The notes: generated by a model from the letters alone, not told the origin. DNA of 63,741 bases, filler included, from Choristocarpus tenellus KU-1152 (GCA_964200185.2; 13 parts of 13 records of this genome joined end to end with filler, not necessarily neighbours in it); one strand, 5' to 3'. Shown: positions 1-12,839, counted from the first letter of the whole stretch. Numbers and translations: made by a program.

Positions 1-27
1 GGAGGAGACGGGGGGGCGAAAAACCCA

Positions 28-199
28 ATGTATGGGGGGGGGGGGGGGCGTCTACACCAGGGTGTCCATTTTGGTTCAAAATCAGAAAAAAAGTGCGTTT
101 ATATTATACATTCGACGTATGCAACCATAATATCACCAAAAAATCGCGACATGAAAAAGTTGACCCCACAGCCGCTACCCCCCCCAGATACTTCGAGCC
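28..199. mobile_element. MITE family A copy (about 180 bp, G/C-tract TIRs)
   Basis: Shares the internal sequence (gtctacaccagggtgtccat...aatcgcgacatgaaaaa) and the terminus cccccagatacttcgagcc with the complete copy at 45075-45253. Confidence 0.8.
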
Positions 200-736
200 T
201 GAAGACCGTCATGACATGAGTAAAAATAATCCCAGCATATATATAAACGCTAGAAGCACCCTCCTGATGGTTGTGGAAAGGGCACTGACTGACGGAAAAT
301 GCGATAAAATGGGAAAGCACATTGACCAGAAACGGTAAGCTTTTCTTCCTCCTTCGTATGTATTCGTATGTATTATTTTGTGGTAATGTTCTACTGATAC
401 TATCAGTAGTAGGTGTTTGTATTACTGTTAGATGTTTTGAATGGTTATATTGCGACGATTGAATCGCGACTTATCGAGACTAGAAATCGAGGGAGAATTT
501 TCGATTTTTTTTCTTGTGAACGCGAGATGTATGCTCTGCGCACAGATATCAGTCATTCGCGCACCCCCACTTGTGCAGTTCGTGTACCTTTCGATTATAT
601 ATCGATTACTACATCGATTTTTTTCCAGACGATGCATCTTGTACTCATAACTCCCTATTGCTTTCGACTCACAACACTATTAACAGTTGTTGTGTAACCA
701 TCTAATAGTCCTGATAGTGCCCTATATCTGAAGGAT

Positions 737-905
737 CCAGAAAAAAGACAAAAATATGTCATTTTGTAAAATTGTACAAGTAGCCCTTGCTGAATTGTGG
801 TGTCACTTTGTGTGTGTAAAGGGTGAGTATCAATTTTGCGTACACTATTATTGTACAAATAAAGCAAGTGAATAGAGTGTATTGCACAGGGTAAGAAAAG
901 ACCCC
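737..905. repeat. Dispersed repeat, inverted homolog of about 52530-52700; partial match also at about 42805-42852
   Basis: gtattgcacagggtaagaaa and tatcaattttgcgtacactatt match, as reverse complements, tttcttaccctgtgcaatac and aatagtgtacacaaaattgata. Confidence 0.7.
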
Positions 906-2190
906 AAGTATCTGGGTGGGGGTGGGGGAATGGCCAGCCAGCGTGCGCAATCCTCACTGTCTTTTGAGAAGGTATGGTGGGTGTGAGGTGGTTATGTCTT
1001 GCAATAATGTAATCCAAGGTTGTTTGCTGTGTTTATTCTATTTGGTGGAGGGGGGGGAGGGGCGGGAGTTCAAGGTGTGGTGTGGGTAATGATGTTAAAA
1101 AGGTGTGTTGCTTGCTATTTGTGCTTCGTGAAGCCTATGACTTGGTGTCCACTCTGAGAGTTCTGTTACAGAGCTGGTATGTTCGCAATTGGTTGGTTGA
1201 ATTAGATTGCTGATGTGATACTAGAGTGCCTCACTGTCTGGGGGTATCAGGACAGTGCGTCTGTGTGGACATTATGTGTTACTTGTTAAGTTATGTATTA
1301 TAATTACATAATGATTGCCCCCACTCTGCACTCAGTCATCCACACTTGACTTGAGTTTGTTTTAACTGAAAATCCTGTTTGTGGGGGGGAAGGTCCCTGG
1401 ATTTGCTTGATTAGAAAATGCGTGTCATGGGGTTGTAGATCTGTACCCAGTAATGCTGTGTTGAGGTTCACAAGGGTTCATATTTCTTTGTGTAGGAGTT
1501 GCTATTCATGGAGGATCATTTGTGACAGTTTCAGATGTTTGATGTTCTTTGAGTTTGAACAGGGCAGGAAGGGAAGGAGGGTATGTGATTGGCTGACTGG
1601 ACTTGGGGTTGGAGGTCGACTTGGATAAGACTCGTTGATCTTTGGCATAGGACAGTGCACACAAGATGTGATGTTGGGTGGGGGGCACCTTCAAGTCTGT
1701 GTTTTTAGGTGTCCGGGGGGGGGGGTGGGGGGTTGAGTTGGGGTTTTTTGTGAACTTTTGGTCAAGGCTTCTGTGCTTTGTGATTGCAGGTATAATGAGA
1801 AGTGCTTGGTATGTCTACAAAATTGCCCTTTACCTCCGAATTTCATGTTCATCTTGTCTTTTTTGGTCGTTGAGTTGATTGATAGGTTGGATATTGTAAG
1901 TTTTATCTTCTACCTTATCATGATAAGAGGAAGTGCCGGACCTAAACAGGGAGTAACTGTAGAAACATACATACTATAGATGTATGTGTGTGTATTGACT
2001 GTGTGTAACAGCTACTCATGTACTTCTGTGAGTTTTTCATCCTAGCATTCCATGTATGTCAATGCTCAACCATTTTTCAGCTGAAAAAGTTTGTATCAGG
2101 TGGTAAGTCCCCCCCCCCGTCCTTGATAGTAGAACTTACATTTTTTTCTTCTTTCTACCTCTGTTGTATTATCATACCTATTTAATATAG

Positions 2191-4191
2191 GACTTTCCGG
2201 CGCTTGGTGCTGGCATGGCAAATCTGAACTTGGGAGGGACAGGAGGAACAGAAGAGGCTTATTCCAGACAGGTGTGATGCTATTAATAGCAATACAGTTC
2301 ATGGTGCTGTCGCCAGTGCTGTGGGAGTTCGTGTCGAGGCACTGCAAGCTTAACCTTCTGCAGCTCATTGTGGTAAAAATATTAAAACGTGGGCTGTAAT
2401 GCCCATTATCCAGGGTTAGGGCTAGGGTTAGGGTCAGGGTTAGGTTCGATTTGCTCTGTGTTGTCTGTTACCATGATAACAGTCGGGTGTCAGGTTGTAC
2501 TTGATCAATTGACCCCCTGCGGATTTTGTTGTTGTGTCAGGCGTATCGAGGAGAGCAACAAGGCTTCAGCATGCAGAGCCATGACTTCCCAGCTCTACCG
2601 GTGACTGTCCCTTCATCTGCAGGTGGAGGAGGAACACAGGGTGAGTGAAAACCTCCTCCCCCTCCTGTCAAGAGACGTTGAGATGTGATGTCACTGTGCT
2701 ACAGAAGCCGTGCTCTGGACTCAAAGGATGATGGGGTTCGAGTTTTTTTTATCTGGGCAGTCCCTTGAGTCCCTTCTGGCGACTGATTTTGTGCACTTAC
2801 TGAGGCGTCACTGTTTCGCCTAGGCAGAGGTCCTTGAGTAGATATACTCGTGATGCAAATATTATGGGTGTTGGTGTGGTGCCTTGTGGAGGAGGGTTGC
2901 CGTTGCCATAGTTATTGCCTCCAGAGCTATTGATTATTTTTGGCTTTGTTATGTGGTTGATTGTGTTTTGGTACTTGATCTTTTGAGTGATCCGCCTTGT
3001 TGGTTAGGAGTATGAATGTATGTAGATGTGTGTGTGTGTATTTTTTTGTGATTTTTTTTTTTTTGCGGAGGCGAATCTTATCTGATGGTTTTGTCTATTG
3101 TTGTATAACGGTATGGATAAAATTATAATAGTAGCAGTGTGTGTATTTTGCACTATTTTTTTGTATCTACCTCTAGTACTGTTGGACAAGATCATTTTTT
3201 TATATTTTTGACACTGTAATTGCATTTTTTTTTCTGTGCAGTGTTTGTACAAGGTAGTACTATATTTATATATAGCATTGTTTCATCTTCCACCCCCCCA
3301 CCCCCACCCTCCCTGCTCCTGCCCGCCCACTCACCCTCACCTACTTCAGGTGGTGGATCTTCCCAGACGGGGCCATCAGCCCTGGGAGGAACAGCTTTCC
3401 ACCCTGGAGGCGGTGGTGCTGATGGAGTCGGTGGCATTGGACAAAACTCTGGGGCATCTAGGGCTGGGGCCCCTGGGCAGGTGTTTCTATAGTTGGTTAC
3501 ACATGTTTCTAGGGTTTGCAAGGGCTTTATTTATTTATTTCTTACCAATGGCAGTGGTGAAAGGGTGCGTGTATCCCTTGCAGGTATCAATTGTTGATTG
3601 ATATGAGTGAGTGAGATGATGTTATTTATTTTATTTTTATTTTTTTTGGGGGGGGGGTGTTGCAGTGAGACGCCATATCAAGGTGTACGTAAAGTGGATA
3701 CAGTATGTGTTGATTGAGTCTTGTTTGAATGAGTTACAAAGGTAATGGTAGATGGCGAACCAACCAGAGTGTTTTTCGTTTGTTTTCCTCATTTCTCCTC
3801 TTTTTCCAAAAAATAGAATAAAACGGCTCGTCTTCTGCTGTTGCCATTACAGCTTTGGTATTACAGATGGCGTTATATTTCCTCCGATCCTGTACTGCAT
3901 ACCTAGACTGCTGTTAGAATACCAATGTTACAATGTTGTGTGATAAAAAAAGTAACAAAAACGCAATCCCCCCCCCCCCCCCCCTCTACCAAACCCCTCA
4001 AGGCACGGATGGGACCAGGTTTGTCTGGTGCACCAACAGCAGCAGCTGTAGTGGCAGCCAGTGAGGGAAAGGCAAAGAAGTATGGACTACTGGGGCTACT
4101 GGGTGTAATACGAATGACTGACCCAGACCTTAACATGCTGGCACTGGGGTCTGATCTCACCACGCTAGGGCTTAACCTCGATAGCTCTGAG
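2191..4191 (+). CDS. CNOT2: CCR4-NOT complex subunit 2 (NOT2), partial; exons 2191-2271, 2541-2640, 3350-3480, 4003-4191
   Basis: Four AG/GT-bounded, phase-compatible exons. They give DFPALGAGMANLNLGG..., AYRGEQQGFSMQSHDFPALP..., a Gly-rich linker, then KKYGLLGLLGVIRMTDPDLNMLALGSDLTTLGLNLDSSE. The FSMQxxDFPALP and GLLGLL...LALGxDLTTLGLNL motifs are NOT2 hallmarks. The 3' part is cut off by the contig end. Confidence 0.92.
2412..2445 (+). repeat. Degenerate interstitial (TTAGGG)n array in a CNOT2 intron; others at 4406-4425, 19468-19510, 32538-32550, 54652-54667, 63622-63638
   Basis: agggttagggctagggttagggtcagggttagg, seen directly. Confidence 0.7.
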
Positions 4192-4301
4192 GTGTGTAGA
4201 GGAGTCTTGTGCTTGTTTGTTTGTTTTGGGGGGGGGGAAGGGGTTGTATAGTACTTGCCACTGGGGGACGTTTTGTGGAGAGGGTATCATTGAGATCGCT
4301 C

Positions 4302-4401
4302 NNNNNNNNNNNNNNNNNNNNNNNNNNNNNNNNNNNNNNNNNNNNTTAATTAATTAANNNNNNNNNNNNNNNNNNNNNNNNNNNNNNNNNNNNNNNNNNN
4401 N
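4302..4401. other. Artificial contig spacer (N-run, TTAATTAATTAA, N-run), present 12 times in the window
   Basis: The same 12-mer, with stops in all six frames, sits between N runs at every junction. Confidence 0.98.
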
Positions 4402-4579
4402 TACGGTTAGGGTTAGGGTTAGGGTTTGTCTGGGTTTTCCTCTGTTCTCGCGTGTCAAGTGAAGCCCTATTTTAGTTCAGGCTGTGTGTGTGGGGGGGGG
4501 GGTGGATTGATAGTGGTCGATTCGGAGGATCATTGGTTCTTGAAAGATGTGTGTGCAGATTTTAATTTTTGGCTTGGGC

Positions 4580-4604
4580 GAGAGAGAGAGAGAGAGAGAG
4601 AGAG
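4580..4604. repeat. (GA)n microsatellite
   Basis: Run of ga dinucleotides. Confidence 0.9.
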
Positions 4605-5359
4605 CGATAGAGGTCTTGGAGCTGCAGTTGCCCTTTTTTTGAACTATCTGCTACTCTTATTTTTTTTTAGCTTGTGATGAACTTGAGTAAGAGGTGTGAC
4701 AAGGTATACCCTTTCTTTGTCCTTGTTGGAGTTGTCTTTCGATAGCATGGAAGCTGGGTGTATCATAATGGAAGCCCCGGTGGTTAGGGTGGCGATCACT
4801 TAGAAAAAAAAAAAATGGTTTTGCCTTGATGTATCCTGTTCGGAAGGTGTTGGGCACAAAGAAGCACGATGATGGTGTTGGAAAACCGCCCGCCCAATGC
4901 AGACTAGAAATGTACTCTTTATCTTTTAAGGATGCGGTGACTATGGTTCACTCAAGATTCCTTTCTGTTGTACTTGTGTTTGGTAGATACATCGTGCATG
5001 TGCATGTGTTTGTTTTACACTAGAATGCACACTATGTGTCACTTGCACTAGAGCATACCCGACGCCTACACAACCCGGACTGATGTTGAAGACACAGCAT
5101 GTTGCGATGGCTGTGCCTGGAAGTCGTCATGTTTGTGTGGAATAAATAGAAAGTTTTGAAAAAAAAAAAATGAGGCTGCTATCCGGTTCCTTCCTTTCCG
5201 CAATCGTCAATATAAGGAGGCGTGTCACCTCTTATTGTCAATTGCTGAACTCCCGTGTGAGGCGTAGTAACCCCCCCTGGGTTGTGCATACGCACGCCTG
5301 TCGCTTGTGTATAATGTTTTTTTATTTTCCGCATATATTTTTTTTGTGGCGTTATCCAG

Positions 5360-5440
5360 GTGAACGACAAGCACCACCGGAGGTACGAACAAGCAGGCGT
5401 TTATGGCAACCGGGTCATGAGCCAACATCCCACAGATTAG
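5360..5440 (+). CDS. Possible terminal coding exon of an unknown gene (VNDKHHRRYEQAGVYGNRVMSQHPTD*)
   Basis: T-rich tract and cag acceptor, then a GC-richer open frame ending in TAG. No recognisable homology. Confidence 0.3.
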   Translation: MNDKHHRRYEQAGVYGNRVMSQHPTD

Positions 5441-5696
5441 TTGGAGGCGATGATGTTCTTGTCTATGAACTGCCATTACACGTGCACAGATCTGTGCACG
5501 TGTATTAGGTGGGGGGTGGCTGTGCTAGATTGTTTGGTACCCATGTCCCCGGTGGCCAAGTATTCCAACCTCTTCCTAACAAGATGAGAACAAGAGTAGG
5601 TCGGAGAGACGGTGCTGTTGGTTGGAGTTCCTGCAACATGGATTAGTTTTTTATTTACCGTTGAGTTCTTTTTTCTCACCAAGCCACAGGCTATAA

Positions 5697-6165
5697 CATG
5701 CCAAACATTCATCTTGTAATAGTACATTGCAGCAAACAGCTATTATTATTATTATGATTATTATTTTATCTATCGTTCTGCAACAGAAAGGTCCAGAGCA
5801 CCATTACAACTAGCATGTCAAACCTTTGTCTTGTAATAGTTCATTGGAGCAAACAACTATTATTATTATTGTTACTAATATTATTTTTATCCTATCGTTC
5901 CTCACCAGGAACTAACATATCAAACATTTACCTTGTAAGAGTACATTACAGCAAACAGGTAATATCATTACTATTATTATTGTTATTAATATTATTTTTA
6001 TCCTATCGTTCCCCACCAGGAAGGTCCAGAACACCATTGCAACATGTCAAACATTTACCTTGTAATAGTACATTACAGCAAACAGGTAATATCATTACTA
6101 TTATTATTGTTACTAATATTATTTTTATCCTATCGTTCCTCACCAGGAAGGTCCAGAACACCGTT
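5697..6165. repeat. Minisatellite, about 4 units of 103-126 bp
   Basis: Unit catgtcaaacatttaccttgtaatagtacattacagcaaaca...(tat)n...atcctatcgttcc...ggtccagaacacc starts at about 5697, 5814, 5917 and 6043. Confidence 0.9.
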
Positions 6166-6873
6166 CTACCTGCTGCACAGTCCACCTCGTCACAAGCCCA
6201 GAACTTTCGATAGGTGTTAAAAAAGAAAAAAAGGTGCAATCATGACCTTGGATCCACTATTGTTATATGAGTTCAAACCATTTGCTGATCGATGAAAACC
6301 AATGCACTTCAACCTCTCACTCTGTACACACACTCTGCCTCCATACCAAGGGCAGTCAACCCACCTATTATTTTTTTGTATGACTTGACTGAAGGCGTGC
6401 AAATATGGGGTGATGTTGTGGAAGTAAGAGGAATTGATATTTTTTAATCTTTTAATTTCACCCTAAAAGTAAGTGAAGAGAGACTCTCGCTACTCATACT
6501 TCTAACTACCCACTTCTAGTTTTTTGTTCGTTTGTTGGAAACAGGGGGATGTGATTTGTAATGTAGGCACATACATGCGCTGTACATGCAAGTGCATCAG
6601 GATCTGGATGATGCTACTATGTTTTAATTATCTCTCGCTGCGTTGGACATGGTGATTCAACACTACTGTATCAAAGGGAGGAGCGACTGATACAATTTCT
6701 ACAATGTAATGACCTGAGTACCTGTTGCTTCAGAGCATGGACAAGCCACACTATGGGTAGGTAGGTATCGTCATCTAGACACATAGTCCACTACCTGCTC
6801 TGACGTTACTCATGCGCTGAATTCACATAATGATTCAAAATGGTATCAATATTGGGAACAGCAAAGAAGTCAT

Positions 6874-7010
6874 GACTTTGTATCTGGGGGTGGGGGGGGG
6901 AGGCTGTCCATTTGGAGTCCATTTTTGTGTGATTTGGTTGCATACGTCAGATGGATAATGTAAATGCACTTCTCCTGATTTTGGTCCAAATGGAGACCCT
7001 GGTGTAGAAC

Positions 7011-7044
<34 letters not shown>

Positions 7045-7047
7045 TCT
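6874..7047. mobile_element. MITE family A copy (reverse orientation, ends in poly-C at the contig end)
   Basis: gtatctggggg...ggctgtccatttgg...gatggataatgtaaatgcact...ccctggtgtagaac. Confidence 0.8.
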
Positions 7048-7217
7048 NNNNNNNNNNNNNNNNNNNNNNNNNNNNNNNNNNNNNNNNNNNNTTAATTAAT
7101 TAANNNNNNNNNNNNNNNNNNNNNNNNNNNNNNNNNNNNNNNNNNNNTGTGTTTGGGGTTTAACCCCCACCCTACAAAAAAAAGGTCCCTTGATTTTTTT
7201 CGCGGGGGGGTTGCCGG

Positions 7218-7248
<31 letters not shown>

Positions 7249-7331
7249 ATACCCCGTTGGCGTGGAAATAACGATGCCTCATCCTCGCTGGCTGGGTGCA
7301 TAATATTTTCCGTCTTCTGCCCATCGCAAAG

Positions 7332-10300
7332 GTGGGCGTTACTCCCCCGGCGAAATCAACTCTACGAAACTGGCAGCAAGGCGTAACGTCCCTTCGACCA
7401 GAGTCCTTCGAGGTACTGAAGGAAGTGTGTGAGGCCTCGTCACCACAGGTTGACCGCAACGCAGTCACACTGAACTATCTGAGTCGCGAGGAGTTTGCCG
7501 GCTTCACTTCTCTCAAGCAGAGGCTATGCATCCATCTGCTTGCTAGGCAAGTCAAAACGCCACTGTGTTTTATCGTGTAGACAGCAGTAAGCGCAATTTG
7601 TGCAGGTTGCAGCACATTGCACAGGAACGTTAAATAGGTGTCTCCTGCGATGAAAAATGTAGTCGGCCACTGTTGTGTCGAACGAAAAACCCTTCGTAGT
7701 ATTGTGGTAATTCTACAAATAGTGTGTGTTTCCTGTGTATGTGCGCTCTTGTATTTTATGAAGTACGACAATCGATCCATGAATATTTCCTGCAGTGTCG
7801 ACCCTTTCCTCATCATAACCTGCGCATCATTCTCGTTGACGTCCTTCATGGCCATTCTCTTCTTGCAGGTACAAGTCGTTCTACGGGAAGATTCCTACGG
7901 CGAGGGACTACAAGGACATCAAATCGGACGCGCACGTGTCTGAGATGGTTGTCTCGCTCACCATGCAGATTGTGCCCTAGGAGAAGTGGACACCAGAGCT
8001 TCAAAGGTTGGTAAATGGTGCAGTTGCAGCGGTTATCCTTTTTCGCCTTTTCCGTATCTCCTGTGCACCCATACGTCGCGGTACCCCTCAATTGTAAAAT
8101 ATACTGTCAGCGTCTTTTTCTGCACCGCACTTATTGATTGTTGCAAAACCGCTCTGAATTCCGGACGTTACATGAATGATGCACGGGATGTCAGGGAAAT
8201 GGACAGGCTCGCATATGAGAAGTGCATTATGCACGACCTCTGGGTCAAGCCCCACCACAAGGAGAGGAAGAGGAAGGTGGCCCAACTTCTGCGTAAGGTT
8301 TCATCTGGCGACAAACAAGCAGGGCCCATCCGGCAGCTGAGGGCAAACATCTCCACGGTAGTCGGAATGAAGCCTCTGCAACGGGTCAGAGCCGTGAGTG
8401 TGCCTCCTGTGTTCGTAATTACAGCTGAAACGGCTTGTACCAAAAAAAATAGTTGATGCTTGGTAGGATTAGTGGTGGGTCTTCGTCATCATCATGAGCG
8501 ACAGAGTTGCCTTCCCTACAACAAACGATGCTGTTTTGTCAGTTCTAGTCTTTCGTTGCTAATAACGGGAATAGCCAATCATTTCCTTCAACTGTAGACA
8601 ACGATATTGATCTATGTCCACCTCGTTTCTGCCTCCAACACGTGTCACTGAAAAAAACTACAGACAGACTGGCGTCCTCGCCATGGACTTCTTTCAAACT
8701 ATTTCGCCCCGCAAGCCGCCTCAGGTAAACACGTTCACTACGTAAACCATATCGTTTGCTCTGTGCAATTGACATGCTATCGTACTTCCATTACACTCTC
8801 CCATTTTTGATGTCACCATCGTCCCCTCCTCTCCTCAACAACGTCCTCCGCTGTGTCCACCACCAGATTATCGAGAAGGACTCGACTCTACGCGCTTACC
8901 TCACCACCTGGGATGGAAAATACCAGGATGTACTCAACCAGGTCAACCTCCACCGGGTTCACAGCGGGCGGGGCTGTGATGGTGGCGGCGCAGAAGTTGA
9001 GAGCAACAACGGATTGGCATCAGATGGCGGTGAGAAAGAAGACGAGGGAGGGTGTGAACACAAAGGAGGGGACAAAGACGAGGGAGGGGACGGACTGCCA
9101 GACAGGGAGGATACGGGCAAAGGGGGTTCTGTCTGCAGTGTTCCTGATGCAGAAGAAGAATAAAACGGCCATAGAGGGTGGAACGCGGGCGTTTGCTGTA
9201 CTGAATGCGATCCTCCACCTACGTCTCGGTGAGTAATGTAGTTGTAACGGTGCACATGAGGATAGAGGATAATTAATGACGCAAGATTGGTTTCCATCCA
9301 ATCCGCCGAACGGCTAATTAGGTTGTCTTTTTTCAGCGGTGCACGCCATTAAACCGGTGGAACTTGCGGGGTCCCTTTGTGTGTGGCACTACGGTCGCTA
9401 CCCCCACGTCTCTTTATTTGCCACAGTCCGATTGTGTGTTAATGCATGTACATCACTGACTGTTGCATCTCGCCTGTACTACTTCGTGCTGCTTTGCGCC
9501 GCCAATTTCGTGATCCTTCGTAACTGTGGATTCCCGCGTTGCGTTCTTGTGCTCAATTAATTATTTGGAAAAATACTATCCTGTCTGTTTAATCCTCTCG
9601 TTCATTGACACGCACGACAGGTATTCATGCCCAAAGTGCTCCATCACGCATATGGGCGAATGTGCCTACGTGGAGATTGTAGGCGACGAGAGGCACAAGG
9701 ATCGATTATGTATCAATTGCCCCATGACACAGGAGGGCAGTGAAGGGTCTGGATCGGTGGGGAACGAAGCGGCGGGTCGGGGCAGGGGCAAGGGCAAGGG
9801 TAAGGGTCACGCAAGGAGCGCGAGCGAGTCAGCCACCAGGCAAAGCCTTTTACGTCCCCCCTCACGCAGCAAAACGGCGGACATAGAGAAGTGCATGTGG
9901 GTCTCGGCGTGGTTTCACATTATACGGACATAAAGTCATCTCTGCGTGTTTGGTTTCGCGTTGGTTTGCACGTAGGTCTTGGCTGCTTGTACATCATGTG
10001 GATTGCTCGTCCTTTGTGCGTTGGATGTATCGTTTTTTTGGAGGTTTCCATGGGCCATGGAACTTAGTGTTTTGACGTCTACCCTCCTTTCACGAGATGT
10101 ATCTGATGGGTCTGGCGTTGTGGAGGTTAAGGCTTGACATTTTGGGGATGCCGTGGAAATATAGTCAGGACCTCACTTAATTATAATATTGCCTGCACCG
10201 CTGCTTACAACGCTGTCCTTCTTGTTGTACTGTCTGTCTACTGTGTCGTGTCTCATGATGTCCAAACAGGACTGAGAACACTGCACTACACGACCTTCGC

Positions 10301-12372
10301 CCTCTCGACCCTACGGTACCCTTAGACCGCCTGAAAGAGTTCACCTTCCGCAATGCACCAAAGCTTGCCATAGTGTCCATTGCCGCCGACCCAAGACTCC
10401 TCAACGACGAAGAGGCTACCAACACACACTTGTACCAGGTGCTTAAGTGCTTGCAGGTGAAGATACATCCTCAGGGCACCATCGCGCTATTTGTGCCCCA
10501 CCCGTGGGCCGCACAATTACACCGCCTAAACGATGAGTTGCAGAGTTCGCCAGCGCTGGAATACGGGGTGGTATATTGCAGGAGACTATTGCAATCCGCC
10601 ATGGCCGTTATCAGTCCGTCCGTGTGCCCATCGAATATTGTGCGGCCGTTCAGGAGATGCGGATTATGTCGTGTGCCTTTCTCTTTCACTTTCCCCATGT
10701 TGTTTCATGTTCTTCGTACCTTCTATCTCCTTTCATGTCTCTTGCTCTTTCCCCCGGGTCCTTCGTAGTTCCTTGTTTCATTGTCCGCGAATCGCATGCT
10801 GGTGTTACTTGTCTTCACTACATTATTTTTGCCGCCTTTCTTTCTATTACAGAATTTCCTATTGTTTGTATTTTTTGCATTTGTTATTTGCCTTGCGTTC
10901 CAAACTCATTGTACTATTATAATATTAGTGGTATGAGATTTCAGGAATCCCTACGATAACTACTTGTGTGATGTCACTGTCAAGTTTGACGCATGCCGGA
11001 CCCACGCGCTCGCTCATGCCTTCTCTTCATTCAGGGGCTCTTATGGCGTCGAAGGTGGGCTTGGTTGTGGAGAATCATCCCCTAATCCTAACATACAAGA
11101 CGAGGGGGGGGGGGGCGCCCTCAATCAGTCACTGATAACCATCTCAGATGTTGTCTGGATATGATTCTTCTCGCGCACAACGATGGGACAGAGTTCACAT
11201 GCAACAAGCGAGTAACCGTCGACGACATCTTTGGCCACGGGAGGGATGCATCTCCTCTGGTACTCCAAATCATGTGTGATGTCGAGTACCAACGTGCGGC
11301 AACAGACATCCCCATGAGGGCCCTCCACTTCCTCCTTAACAGGTTCGTTAATAACGTCATACACACCCTTCTTCACAGGAGCAGCGACTTTTTCGTATAG
11401 GTGTAGGAGATCGTTAAACAGTAACACAACGAGCTGGGTGACGGTTCAGGGGCGTCAAACCATACCACGAGTGTGCTTCCCTGGATCAGTACATTGAGCG
11501 TCAAACCACGCCAAGAGTTGTTGCCCTGTATCGGTACATTACTCATACATTGTGATATGATGAATCCGTGCGCAATACAATGTGCTCCTCGGGATAATTG
11601 ACGAACTGCCCTCCTATGATAGGTACACGAATGCTGGGGACAACGTCGTCTCCTTCAGCGCAGAGAGGCACAACGTGGTGGAGGCGGCCCTTGAACAGGA
11701 GGGTGGAGGTGTTCGTGTCCAACGCAGTGTCAAAGGACGAGGTGAAAGAGAAGATGGACACCTCCTTCGGCCAAGCCTACAAGGACGGCAAGTGGAAGGT
11801 AAGAAGGGTGTGCTGTTTTTTTTCCATTGCTTTCCAACTTGTTGTCTCTCTTGGTTCCCTATGGATAGGTCGCGGGCGTGCGATTGTTGTAGTGATGTTT
11901 CCTTGTCGTTGTTTACATGTTGCTAACACGGTGCATGCAGTTACCCACACAACTGCTGGAAATCGCGAGACCCTAAGACTTTGTGTGTGAGCGTCGGTAC
12001 GTCGTAATGTCCTCCTTCCCCACACGAACAAAAACCAAATGTGCTGCGGTACACCACGTATTCTTTAGCCAACGCCAGAATAACCCCTACGTACGTGACG
12101 AAACCTTATCACATGGCTAACCCACTTCAATGCCACATGGTCGGGCTGTCACATGTACGTACATGATGTTGCAGCTATCCACGTCTCTCGTTCAAGAACG
12201 CGTGATAGGCCCTTCCTGCCTGCCGGAAGCCTTGGGGCAGACCCTCGTCCCAACAGAGACGCAGCGATGTTTTGAAGAGGCCGTCAATCCTCAGGGAAAG
12301 GCAACGGGACGCGATGAGGCGACAATTTTCGTTGTGAAGACGGTGGCGACGGACTTCGGCTACCAGGTCGAG
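7332..12372 (+). pseudogene. Spliced gene for an HTH-like / acidic linker / PHD-like finger / beta-class DNA amino-methyltransferase-like protein, disabled. Approximate exons 7332-7546, 7869-8006, ~8135-8393, ~8668-8724, 8867-9228, 9621-9890, 10270-~10523, 11035-11342, 11623-11798, 12175-12372
   Basis: Splicing creates C-x2-C-x9-C-x2-C-x3-H-x3-C-x15-C-x2-C across 9228/9621. It then gives KLAIVSIAADPRLL...QVLKCLQVKIHPQGTIALFV (motif IV-VI-like), GLVVENHPLILTYK...CCLDMILLAHN (VII-VIII-like) and PMRALHFLLNR|YTNAGDNVVSFSAERHNVVEAA..LNRRVEVF (X, I, II-like). This is the motif order of Pfam N6_N4_Mtase. Lesions: TAG 7978, TAA 9161, a G-run frameshift near 11110 and a frameshift near 11690. Confidence 0.65.
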
Positions 12373-12646
12373 GTGAATGTGCTATAGAATGCACTAAGTT
12401 TCATATTTTGTGAAGAACGAACAGCAGAGTCTAGTTACCGGCACGCAGAATAAACATTTTTTTATTCCCGAGTCCTAACCTATCCGCAAGGGCACCCAAA
12501 TACGTCGCGCAGAAAACTATGGGCCGTGCGGGTAAGTATTGCATCGGTAGTGTGTAAAACGCTTTTGCCACAATAAGGTTGACGTTTTTCCACCACCTTC
12601 GGACGAGATTACCTCCAAATCACGAACATTCATGAATCACCTAACT

Positions 12647-12698
<52 letters not shown>

Positions 12699-12839
12699 TT
12701 TTCTTCCCCCCTTCCCCACCCCCCCCCCCCCCCCCCCTTNNNNNNNNNNNNNNNNNNNNNNNNNNNNNNNNNNNNNNNNNNNNTTAATTAATTAANNNNN
12801 NNNNNNNNNNNNNNNNNNNNNNNNNNNNNNNNNNNNNNN

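Noticed and set aside
4346-4357. Recurrent TTAATTAATTAA motif as a biological repeat
   Set aside because: It always sits between N runs, so it is an artificial linker.
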